NCBI RefSeq assembly: GCF_001194135.2
Contig: NC_068994.1
Location: 60,063,996-60,127,928, forward strand
Direction: 5' to 3'
Length of the DNA stretch: 63,933 nt
Source: Octopus bimaculoides
Taxonomy: Eukaryota
The notes beneath the pieces were generated by a model that saw nothing but the letters and a program-made list of their open reading frames with translations, was not told the origin of the DNA and made no database searches. The stretch's first letter is position 1. Every line of letters starts with the position of its first letter. Positions 52,536-63,933 of this stretch are shown piece after piece. The position numbers and the translations under genes were made by a program.

Positions 52536-55321
52536 CAAAAGTTTGAACAGCATTTTCCCCCACTTTATGTTCTGAGTTCAAATTCTGTCAAGGTTGACTT
52601 TGCCTTTCATCCTTTCAGGGTCAATAAAATAAATACCTGTTATACACTAGGATCAATGTAATCAACTTGCCCCCTCCCCCCAAGTTTCAGGCCTGGTAAA
52701 CGTACACCATACAAGCCAGTCAGGCAAGCGACGAAGTTACATCGTTATAATGCAGGACATATGAAGTACTTTGTATGCTGAGATCAAATCCTGCAATGGT
52801 TTACCTGGATGAACCTGTTGCCCTATTTAGCATCACCTCCACTACCTTGGGTTCTCTTTAGCAGAGTCAATTCTGTTGCAAGCATTTTGGTCAAGTCTTC
52901 ACTTTGGGAACATCATCCACACCTTTCCTCCCTCCCACCAGTCTCAGGGACAATGCCTTTCTTCCTATTTCAAAGATTTAAAACAAAATGTTGGTGAGGG
53001 TGAGGGAGTGGCTAGTAGTTGATATGTAAATTATGCAGTTGATATGTAAATTATGTGTGTATGCCTCTGTGTGTGTGTGTGTGTGTGTGTGTAAGTGTGT
53101 AAGTGTGTGTGGAGAGAGAGAGAGAGAGAGATCAGATAGATAGAAAGGTATTGATAAGAGAGGAATGAGAAGAAATAATGAGAAAAGAAGGAAAGATTAA
53201 GAGGGAGAAAATGAAGAAGAAGAAGAAGAAGAAGAAGAAGAGTAGTAGACAATCCAAGAGAGAGACAGGCAAATGAAATAACATGAGGGAAATATGCATA
53301 GTCAGGTAGATAAGTAAAACGGATTAGTTTACAAGGAAGAAACCACTTATATCTTAGCATTCTAATGAAAGCTGCTTCAGATAATGAAGCCAGGGTTAAA
53401 TGGTAAACAATGCAGAATTTGGGTCAGGCTGTCACATTCCTGAAGCAACAATCATTTGTCCATCATGAAATGTCCTCATTATTCAAATATTAAACGTTTC
53501 CATAAATCTCACCAAATTTAGTTTGAAAGTTGAAGCAAAAATCCTGTATAATATTGGGTTCACATTTTAGCACAAGGCCAGTAAGTTTGGGGAAGGGCAT
53601 AAATCGATTACCTCAACCCCCAGTGCTCAACTGGTACCAACATGACTCTGTATAATATTGATATTATCAATTATCTATTTATGTTCTCATATACTGTGGT
53701 GGGTTGGAATATATGTTTTGGTCTGAAAGATCTTTGAGATTAATGTTTGCTTTGAATATTTACAAAGTGAGAGCTGCAGGAGAAACTTGTGCAAGGAGGT
53801 AATTTCAGGAGACCAACATTTTAAGAAGAAACAACTCAGTTTTAGGGGCCGGTGGGAATCAGTCACATGCATGAGTGCACACATACACACACAAAATATG
53901 GATCAGAAGAGAAGGAGAGATGAATTGCTTTTGGGGAAAAAATTACAATTTTATCTGGTGTTCCCTTCCGATATGTAATCTCCTTCCTCTGCCCCCCCCA
54001 CCCCCCACCCATTAACAGAACATCCCCAACCTTTCAAGATATTCTTCAACATGTTTCATTTTTGCCTTTGAATGGTTTAGAGGGGAAGGGGAAAGAATAG
54101 TAGCTCTAATAAGTCTTCAGGATTTTGTGAATGGTGGAAGAAAGGGAGAAGTTTCCTCTCAGACTGGAGACTCAAAAGCCAAACACTTGCAGCAGAGGGA
54201 TTTCTGTTAGAAGTCTGCAAGGGTCAGGGTTAGGGTGACGAAGTGGGCTATGAATTAAGTTTGTGATCCAAGAACAGAAATAGCTCCTGGTTTTGCTCAA
54301 AAGATATTGTCCAGTGGGATGGAACTGGGTAAGTCCACATTAACAGCCAAACTTCTTAAAATCCCAGTCTGAACACTTTACATATAAACCTTTATTCCAC
54401 ACAAAATTTATGTATTTCTCTTAGACATTGAAGAATTCCTTAATTTAACATTGTTTCTCCCTATTCTTCAGTTAAACAGGGTTTGAAAAGGAACCAAGCA
54501 CTGCTGCTTCACCTGCAACTCTAATTAAAAAAAAAAAAACATTGATATCTTTACTGTTTATAACAATTCAGATATTTCTAGACAAAAAGGAAGTGTGGGG
54601 GTGAAGTGGGGGGGGGGCAGAACTTCACTGACAAATCCTTCTAATTAAAATATGGCCTGAGGGAATCAACAGATGTTATTGGTTAGTCTGTAGTACAAGA
54701 AGAATTAAAGACGCCATAATTGGTACGATGGTACTACTACTGCTGCTGCTGATGATGATGATGACGATCAGGAGGAGGAGGAGGAGGATAATGATCTTCT
54801 CTTTTAAGAAGGACTCAAAGAGATAGAAAAAATAGGAGGAATTGTGGGTGGGACTTAGCAAATTGTGCCAGGTTAAGCTAAAAAAGTTAAACAACAGGGT
54901 GGTGGTGATTTTGATGTTATAAGTTTGAAGTTGGAACAAGTTAAGCAATTTATAATTCCATGGAAACTAATAGAACACATATTAATTAAAACAAAAGATA
55001 ATTAAAATGAGAAGAAACGATGTAAAGCATTTTGGGTTCTTGTCCAGATATGGTTGAGGGTCTGCTGGTCAAGTTAGAGCAGCCTCCTACATCTCTACCA
55101 CCCATCCCCACTGTTCATTGCCCCACATACAGTTTTTTAGGGGTGTCATGGTAGAATATGACTGTTTCATTTCATTATAATATCTTTACAATGGTTTTAC
55201 CAATAGCTTGATTATGGTGATGATGATGACGATGATATATATATATATATTTATAGACACACACACACACACACACAAGAATTAATATAAGCAGCTAAAC
55301 GCATAAAGGAAAGATTTAGTC

Positions 55322-55759
55322 ATCACTAATTGTGACTGAGGGTGCTGAATAGCACCTATATTGCTAGAAATAAGAATTAAAACCCTTGAAAATGTATAAA
55401 TGCAGTTATCTGCCCTTTCAGTGTTTGTAAATGTGCATTTCTTTTATGGTTTTATATTGCACGTAGCTGCTTTCATTAATTTTTAGTATACACATTAGCA
55501 TTTTGCTAAATCAGCCATAAATTTACATGGTAAATATACTAACAGAAGGATTTAGCTGAACCATCCAAGCGATGGAGTAGACACTGATGAGAGTCTGCAA
55601 TTAACAGACAAAACTAGTCCAGTGTTTCTAGCTGTGCTCATAGGGCTGTTATCTCCCCTGTCAGTGTATATAAATGTGCATTTATGCAGCTTTAAGGGTT
55701 TTAACTCTTATTTCTAGCAATATAGGTGCTATTCAGCAACCGCAGTCATAATTAGTGAT
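55322..55759. mobile_element. Foldback element with ~85-bp inverted arms and a central hammerhead relic
   Basis: atcactaattgtgactgagggtgctgaatagcacctatattgctagaaataagaattaaaaccctt is mirrored at 55675-55759. There is also an internal direct repeat tcagtgt..taaatgtgcattt. Confidence 0.8.
55579..55627 (+). ncRNA. Degenerate minimal hammerhead motif
   Basis: AGACACTG-ATGAGA-GTCTG caattaa CAGAC-AAAAC-TA-GTC-CAGTGTTT: 8-bp stem I, 5-bp stem II, palindromic ACTAGT and a GUC site. The core is damaged and GAAAC has become AAAAC. Confidence 0.6.
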
Positions 55760-56340
55760 AATCAACTGCCAGTGGGGCAAGCTAGAGGTAGTAGATAGCT
55801 TCTGTTATCTTGGTGACCAAGTTAGTAGTGGGGTGCTCTGAGAATGTAGCTGTGAGAATAAGATTAGGTTGAGCAAAGTTCAGAGAGCTCCTACCCCTGC
55901 TGGCAACAAAAAGCCTCTCTCTCTCTCTCTCTCAGAGTGAAAGGCAGGTTGTGTGATGCCTGTGTGCAAACAGCTATGCTACATGGGTTGTGACAGATGA
56001 GGACATGTGAAGGCTTGAAATAAATGAAGCCAGTATGTTTTGCTGGATGTGCAATGTCATTGTGCATGTTCGAAAGAGTGTAAGCATCTTGAGAGAAAAG
56101 TTAGGCATAAGAGGCATCAGATGTGGTGTGCAAGAGAGGTGGCTGTGCTGGTATATAAAGAAATGTTGATCTCTAACTGTGGAGGGAACCTGTGATAGTG
56201 GTAGACCCAGGAAGACATGGGACGAAGTGGTGAAGCATGATCTTCGAACTTTGAGCCTCACAGAGGCAATGACTGGTGACTGAGACCTTTGGCAATATAC
56301 TGTGCTTGAGAAGACCCGTCAAGCCAAGTGAAGTCTAGTG
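55760..56340 (+). mobile_element. RTE LINE ORF 3' end
   Basis: GKLEVVDSFCYLGDQVSSG...LRVKGRLCDACVQTAMLH...GRPRKTWDEVVKHDLRTLSLTEAM. Confidence 0.9.
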
Positions 56341-57460
56341 ATGGTCGATGTTGGTGTCACATAACTGGTACCCATGTTGGTGGCACATAAAGAGCACCGC
56401 TGGAGCATTGGGCCTCACGGAGGCAAAGTGGCTGAGTTCCTTTCAAGTGTTGGGCCTCACACAGGCAATGACCGAGACCTGTAGCATTATGCTGTGCTTG
56501 AGAAGAAGACCCACTGAGCTGAGCACAACCGCAGTCATGGCAGATACCGGTGTCACACAAATGGCACCTGTGCTAGTGGCACATAAAAGCACCCATTATA
56601 CTCTCAAAGAGGTTGGCATTAGAAAAGGCAACCAGCTGTAGAAAACCATGCCAAATCAGACTGGAGTCAAGGGCAGCCTTCCAGCTTACCAGCCCTGGCC
56701 AAACTTTCCAACCCATACCAGCATGGACAACAGACGTTAAATGATGATGATGATGATGATGATGGTGATGGTGATGGTGGTGGTGGTGGTGGTGGTGGTG
56801 GTGATGATGATGATGGTGATGATGATGATATGGACATGTGGTGAGAATGGATGAGGATAGCTGCGTGAAAAAGTGCCACACCCTATCAGTTTAGGGAACC
56901 CGTGGAAGAGGTAGGCCCNNNNNNNNNNNNNNNNNNNNNNNNNNNNNNNNNNNNNNNNNNNNNNNNNNNNNNNNNNNNNNNNNNNNNNNNNNNNNNNNNN
57001 NNNNNNCGATGACTACTGACCGAGACCTTTGGAAATGTGTTGTGCGTGAGAGGACCCGGCAAGCCAAGTAAGATCGTTGCCAGTGCCCCTGGACTGGCTC
57101 TTGTGCAGGTGGCACATGAGATGCACCATTTTGAGCATGGCCGTTGCCAGTACCCATGGACTGGCTCCCGTAGGATTTTCGAGTGAGATCGTTGCCAGTA
57201 CCCCTGGACTGGCTTGTGCGGGTGGCACATAAAAGACACCATTTCGAGCGTGGCCGTTTTCGTGCGGGTGACACGTAAAAGCACCCACTACACTCTCTGA
57301 GTGGTTGGCGTTAGGAAGGGCATCCAGCTGTAGAAACTCTGCCAAATTAGATTGGAGCCTGGTGTTGCCATCCGGTTTCACCAGTCCTCAGTCAAATCGT
57401 CCAACCCATGCTAGCATGGAAAGCGGACGTTAAACGATGATGATGATGATGATGATGATA
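56340..57460 (+). mobile_element. Two tandem RTE 3'UTR/SINE units with (GAT/GGT)n tails
   Basis: Repeated gatgact..gaccgagacctttgg modules, ending gttaaatgatgat (56740) and gttaaacgatgat (57430). Confidence 0.85.
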
Positions 57461-58106
57461 CACACAGAAATTGTGTGTGCATGCATGTGTGCATGTTTAT
57501 CTCTCATCACTTGACCCCTGGTGCTGGTTTGTTTATGTCCTTGTAACTTAGAGGTTCAACAAAAACTGACAGATAAAATAAGTACCAAACTTAAAAATAC
57601 ATAGAGTAAAAGCATAATTACTACAACATTTAACGATGGCTAATTAAATCAATTAACAGGATATAGTTGATTAAAAACTGAAATGATTTGCTCTGCTGTG
57701 GAACAGACAAAGGATGTACAGTTATAAAAATGTTTTCTTGAGAGAGAAAAAATAACATTTATCAAAAAAAAAAATAATCTCCATTGAGAGAAAAGCAACA
57801 AAAAAGATGAAAGATGGAAGTAGTTTTGATGTCTTGGACTGTTGGTGAATTTGAAAAAATATAAAAGTATTTTTCATCTGATTTCTATGAAGTGAATATG
57901 AAAAATATATTGTAAAATGTTTATGTGAAAAACCTGCAGGCCACCTGCAGCCCGTATAAGGGAGAATGGCTGTAGACATGTGTGCTTGGGTATTGTTTGT
58001 GACATAAAGCAAAAGGTTTTAAAAGAAGTGAAACAGTTCAAATATTGTAATAACACAAGAAAGTGATTCAGAGAACAGGGACAATTGTTACTTTGCTTAC
58101 ATGATA

Positions 58107-58155
<49 letters not shown>

Positions 58156-58399
58156 TATACAAGTGTGTTTGGTATGTGTGTATGTGGACAAGTATATAAT
58201 TTCTTAAATAGCTACACAGGATTACTTTTCAAAGAACAGTTGAAATAAACTGAGTTGTTTTTCTCATTCTCACACGGTTTACATCTAGAAATTCAAAACT
58301 GGATTCTAATATCAGTTGACTTGAAATTAGCTACAACTGCATCCAACACACATATCAAATTCCTGCCTCGTCTCTCATTCTCCCCACCCTCATACCCCC

Positions 58400-59500
58400 A
58401 TACCCTGACACACAAAGATTATGTTTCGGAAGTATCAGCATTTTCACACATTTTAATGGTCTGTCGGCTACAAGAGGTTCTATGGCTGACACCTTCCCTT
58501 CTGCAAACCATTCAACCCTGAAGTGAGTGTGGGCTAATAGTTTTATGTTGACAAATAGGAGCTAGCTACTGCAGTAATATTAAGGGCAACAAAACTTTAG
58601 CAGGGTTTAACTGGGAACAGAAATAAACCTTGTGGAAATAATCTCTGAAAAACTTTGCAAAGAAAAAAAAGTGGGGCTAGTCTTCTTGTCAATGCTGTTG
58701 TTGCCCTCTAGCTTATGGGATATGTATCCATGCATTGCTTTTTGTTGGCACGATGCCTGCTTCTCCTCCAAGATTCTACTTAGGCAGGCCAGTCCAGCTT
58801 CCTTTGGGTCGCATGAGGTAGTTGTATTCTCAGGGTACCTACTCAGTAGTTCTTCAAATCTGAAGATGTTGTTCTCACTTTTGAATATGCATGGAATGTA
58901 CTCATTTCTTTCTTTACTGCTCAGCAGGTGTTGTCTGAGTGATACAATGCAACAGTCAAAAGCTGTTTGGACTGACTTTATGCCTCTACCATCATCTCTT
59001 CATCTCTCATGAATCCTATCAGTGTTGCTGCTAATGTGGAAATTGCCAGTGGTGGTCAGTACCTTTCTGGTTTTGATGTCCATTGAGTGTCCAATCCAAT
59101 ATCCCAAAAGTTGGCACTAGCACTGGTACTGCAAAAGCATTGTGAGACTTAAGTCTTGTTAAATGCAGGAAAGCTCTGAGTTCCATATTTTCTGGAGTCT
59201 ACAGAAACACTGTTTTGTTATTCTGGCTTTAGTCACTGCACCAATGTATGCAACATTCTCCTCAATTGTGAGGTATTTGTAGCTTTCATCATTAGAGATA
59301 ATGGAGATAGAGAAGCTGTTGATGTACATGTTCTCTGCCTGGTTGACAATCTTTCCTTGGTTGGCTATCATGTACGAGCATTTGTCTGGCCCAAACTCCA
59401 TTCCTATCTCTCGTGAGAATGCGGTGACTAGTTCTAATTACCTCTTGTTGTTGCTCATATTACCAAAATATAACTTTAGGTCATCAACAAAAAAGGCGTG
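58400..59500 (-). mobile_element. R4/Dong-like RT relic
   Basis: FVDDLKL, IGMEFGPDKC, ESYKYL, KIWNSELS, NAFAVPVLVPTFGILDWT and MHGYISHKL. Confidence 0.85.
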
Positions 59501-60270
59501 AGTGACATCAAGTATGTATGTATGTATGCATGTATATGTGTAGGTATGTATGTCTGCAGACATGTACGTGTGCACGTATGTCTATATGTCTGTGTGTATG
59601 TGTGCATGTGTATTTGTATATATGTATATGTGTATGTAAATATGTCTGTAAGCATGTATGTATAAGACAAAGACAAGGGCAAACTACAGTCTTGATGGGT
59701 GTGTCCTCTCTAGTGCCACTGGTAGGATTCAGTACAGTTTGTCCACACTGTATAGTGATTGGTGACAGGAATGGCACCCGGCCCTATAAAAGCCATGACA
59801 CAATATCATATGTACCATAACAGAGTTGGCTGGTTTTTACCCCTGCTGTAGCGTGTGTGTGGCAGATGATGAAGGACTTCACTTCACTGAATGGCAAGAA
59901 CTGTGGAAGACCCATCCAGCTGATGCCAGTATGTATAAACAAACTCGAAATGATTATTTATATATATATATACATATATATAGTTTTAGGGAAAATAGCC
60001 AAGTTTCAAGAACTCATCGATGAAAATCCACTATCACATAGAAAAATTAACAATTAAAAGCACAATAAATGAGTATAATATAAAGCAAAGTAAATATCAT
60101 AAGATAAATATAATAAAGTGATTACACGTGTTTCATAACTAATTTTCAAATAGAAAGGAAATTTAAATCGATTAAAATCAATTGAAATTATCGAAAATTA
60201 AATTCTATTAAAAAATATAGCTNNNNNNNNNNAAAGCAAAGTAAATATCATAAGATAAATATAATAAAGT

Positions 60271-60385
60271 GATTACACGTGTTTCATAACTAATTTTCAA
60301 ATAGAAAGGAAATTTAAATCGATTAAAATCAATTGAAATTATCGAAAATTAAATTCTATTAAAAAATATAGCTAATCGTCAGATC
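60271..60385 (-). ncRNA. Type I hammerhead with an intact core and a ~90-nt AU-rich stem II
   Basis: Minus strand: GAT-CTGACGA-T-TAGCTA...TAGTTA-T-GAAAC-ACGT-GTA-ATC. Inner pairings are ATTTT/AAAAT, AATAGA/TCTATT, ATTTAA/TTAAAT and TCGAT/ATCGA. Confidence 0.7.
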
Positions 60386-60437
60386 GTAAGTAGAACAATA
60401 ATTAGATATATATATTTCAATATATAGACATTATATA

Positions 60438-60479
<42 letters not shown>

Positions 60480-60481
<2 letters not shown>

Positions 60482-60850
60482 ATGCCACAAGAGACAATTG
60501 GAATCTGGCCAGCTCCTGTTAAACCATTCAACCCATGCCAACATGGAAAGCAGATGTTAAACAGTGATGATAATGATGATGATGATGATACCATCATCAT
60601 CATCATCATCATAATCATCACCATTGTTTTATCCTCTACATTTCCAAGCTTGCATAGGCCAGATAGAATTTGTTGAGGTGGATTCTCTATGGCCAGATGC
60701 CTTTCCTATGGCCAATCCTCACCAGTTTTCAAGGAAGGAAATACCCCCCCCCCCATTGCCAAACATTTCTACAGAAGATTAGAGACGAATGACACTGCTT
60801 GGATGATGGCAACACTCTTTTACATCCCTGATGCAATGTCAAAGTCAGGA
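60480..60850. mobile_element. Tail-to-tail pair of (GAT)n-tailed SINEs
   Basis: A plus copy ends in (gat)n at ~60590, directly followed by a minus copy starting with (cat)n. Confidence 0.75.
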
Positions 60851-60886
60851 GTATGTGTAGATGTGTGTGTGTGTAGGGGCATTTGT

Positions 60887-60917
<31 letters not shown>

Positions 60918-61160
60918 GCATAAGTGTAAAAGTGAAATGTGTGTGTGTGTGTGTGTGTTTTACTAAGAATTCTTTATTTGGTGTTTTAATAAATCATTCA
61001 CATTATAAAAATTCTAAATGAAACAGATATCCAGGGTGTGTCGCATGTAAAGTGTGGCATGGAATGTTTCCCAATTCCCTGACTGACAAGTCCTAGCAGC
61101 AATTCATACTTTTAGTTTTGTCTATTTAGTTATTTGGGGATATTAAAATACTAGCATATT

Positions 61161-61161
<1 letters not shown>

Positions 61162-61228
<67 letters not shown>

Positions 61229-61370
61229 CATGCGCATGCATTGATAAATTTTATATGAATTTATATAATTTTCTATGTTCATATCTATCTATCTATCTAT
61301 CTACTTATCTATCTATCTATCTATCTATCTATCTGTTTGTCTGCCTGTCTGTCTAGCTATCTATCTGTCA

Positions 61371-61411
<41 letters not shown>

Positions 61412-61423
61412 CCTATCTATCTA

Positions 61424-61468
<45 letters not shown>

Positions 61469-61505
61469 CTGTCTATCTATCTATCTATCTATCAAATATA
61501 TATAT
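61162..61505. repeat. (TG)n and (TCTA)n/(TCTG)n microsatellites
   Basis: Seen directly. Confidence 0.95.
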
Positions 61506-61729
61506 ATAAGCTGAGGGTCTGCCATTATCATTTTCTGAAAGAAAGATTATACAGCAATGACCCCAAAAAGGTACGTCCTCAAATACCTTACGCACCCTGT
61601 ATTTTATAAAACTATTTAAGATTATAGTAAATAAAAGTTAATAAAAAGTCAATTAAAAGCTTAAAACTAATATGGTAAATTGTTAATTCCTTTTTCCTGT
61701 GATAGATAACAAAACTTCAAAGCTACACA

Positions 61730-61960
61730 TTTCTTAATTTCGAAATTCTTGAAACTCATCTATTTTGCCAGGCATCACTGCTTTGAATTTCTCCATTACA
61801 GACATTATTACCTGAGAACTTTTGCTCCAGAAACCATTTTGTCACTGTTTCTTCAATATTTGTAGCTTCAACAATTCTTAAACACTTCCTTACATCAAGA
61901 ATTTATGATTAACATCAACATTTTATTTCAAAGAAATTCTACCAAATTTCTCCTTAAAGT
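61730..61960 (-). mobile_element. pogo/Tigger transposase CENP-B-type HTH relic
   Basis: RKCLRIVEATNIEETVTKWFLEQ, then frameshifted FKA-DAWQNR, resembling the F-ASxGWLxRF motif. Confidence 0.45.
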
Positions 61961-63933
61961 GTCTGTCTGTCTGAAACTGCTTTATTTTATCAGCGTACTC
62001 TTTGTAAGCTCTTGCCACTCAAGTACCAACCTCTAACTTCCATATAAGGAAGTTACAGTTTCATAGATAGGACCTTACACTTCCTCTTTGGTTTATTTCT
62101 CTTCTTTAAGACAATGGATTAGCAGAATCCAATGTTGCCTCACACAAGATACCTTGTAGTATTTGTTGTAGTTTTTCACATTCTGAGTTTAAATTCTTCT
62201 ATCGGAGTCAACTTTGCCTTTCATCTTTCTGGGGTCAATACGAGAAGATACCAGTCAACTCTTGGGGTTGATTTTATGAACTAAGCCTTCCCTAAAATCT
62301 CTGTCTTGTATCCCTCTAACAAATCATTTTTATCACTCTTTGAAGCTCAAAGAACTCTTATCACAGAGAAACTTCACATGCCAGTGTAGTCAACATTGAC
62401 AAATACAGATTTAAATCAGATTTTGTCTGTTTTTCTTTTTTTCCCCCCTGGTATCCTGTTTAACAGGATATGTTTTAATAATGTCAGCACAGTGTCATCA
62501 TCATCATCATCATCATTTAATGTCTGCTTTACATGCATGCATGGATTAGTGTATCTTAATAAATTTCAACTAAGTTTATAACGTATTAATTTAAATCATT
62601 TAAATCATTATTCAAGAAAATGTTCCAGAAACAATCTAAACATGACTTAGTAACAAAATGTCTGGGGAAAGCAAACCTAACTGACATCTTCTCTGTACAA
62701 CTTGCAACTATAACATTATTTTGCCAAAATATTCCATATTTCTTTCTTCTGGCAATGTACCTCCCCCTGTGTTCTACGTTACAGTCTAATACATTAAGTA
62801 GGAGTGACAGAAAGCTAGAGTAAACTCTTGCCAAAATGAATCTATGACATTTCAGATGTTATTCTAAATTTAACAATGTCATTTCACTTATTTCGTGTAC
62901 CTGCTATGGTTTTATTTCATTTTATGAAGGTTAGTAAAGCTAAGAGAGGGTAGTGGCCCAACAAGGGCTACTTCTGCTTGAAATTATATCATTAGGAATG
63001 ACCCAATCACCCATAAACATCTCACAATATTTTTTCCTGGCACCTCATTGAAAAGAATGCTAACATAATTTTGTCATTTACTAATACTTCAAATTCTTTC
63101 CAAATAATCATCAACTGGGGTTTAGATATGGAAAGTATACTATTTCCCTTTCTAAGGAGATTTGGCACTTTTCTGATGGGCCATTGTCCTCCTCTACACT
63201 CCATTTTGTATATATTATTTTTGTTGTTTATAAAACAACTCCACCCAAAATACAACACTACCACCACCACTGCCACCATGATGCCTGACTCTACTGCCAC
63301 CACGAACCACTTCACTAATACAACAGCCATCTCTACCACAAACACAAAAACAGCTATAATAACCAATTTAATCTGGAACAACCATGGCTATCACCCACAT
63401 TGCTGTATTTGATTNNNNNNNNNNNNNNNNNNNNNNNNNNNNNNNNNNNNNNNNNNNNNNNNNNNNNNATATATATATATATATATATATATACGTGCAT
63501 ATACATATATGTATATATAAATATACAACCACTACATTGAAGCAAACACAAATGTTAACACACTCACACACTTACACATAAACACACACCCCTGTGTTGA
63601 AATGTAATCTACAATTTTACTAGAAGTTTGAAAGAGCAAAGTAAACCCGGTGGGTACGCCCCAGGTTTCTGTCCGATTGGGGTCCAATAAGGGGGCGAGA
63701 CAAGAATCAATGCTGTGATGAGTTTCTAATCTTCTTAGACCCCTCCCCCTACGCCAGGGCAAGATGAAGGACCCCCAATAGCAGAATGTTTTTATCAACC
63801 CAATTCAACTCAGGCATCATATTTCAAATCATCTCCAATAAGCCATGTGGTGCATTGTTAATTTATTAAGTAATTAACACATATAATTTTAATCATCAAC
63901 ATCATGTATATATATATATATATATATATATAT

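Noticed and set aside
56573-56881. Poly-His and poly-Pro ORFs
   Set aside because: Translation of the (GAT/GGT)n SINE tail.
61029-61600. Tc1/mariner element bounded by CAGGGTG...CACCCTG
   Set aside because: The match is only 7 bp, the left TA is missing, and the interior is microsatellite.
62586-63412. ORFs of 67-119 aa near the window end
   Set aside because: No motifs or splice support. Partly decayed (ACC)n repeats.

Overview
AT-rich, repeat-dense eukaryotic genomic DNA with about ten N-gaps. It is not prokaryotic and has no CRISPR array, rRNA or bona fide tRNA gene. The (CAT)n-tailed RTE-type SINEs, tRNA-derived SINEs and microsatellite load suggest a coleoid cephalopod (Octopus-like); this is an inference. 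Almost all ORFs in the supplied track are microsatellite, gap or chance artefacts. The window appears to be mostly the long 5' introns of a minus-strand gene, with candidate non-coding first exons at ~45751, ~45144 and ~18826. A well-bounded exon at 2961-3051 carries the first ATG (MTETAHQVNGPSSPSSKFIDSI), and a possible 23-nt microexon lies at 2429-2451. A CpG-retaining domain (~39.7-46.0 kb) holds promoter-like sequence and a possible antisense spliced transcript. Transposon relics include RTE, CR1/L2, R4/Dong-like and Penelope retroelements, piggyBac (transposase relic and MITEs), Helitron, mariner and pogo/Tigger. A convergent THAP-domain plus SAP-domain pair spans a gap and resembles ISL2EU. 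The most unusual signal is five type I hammerhead-ribozyme motifs in apparently unrelated repeats (13-58, 4063-4168, 36571-36632, 55579-55627, 60271-60385). Two of them have a very long AU-rich stem II. Repeat boundaries are read by eye and are approximate.
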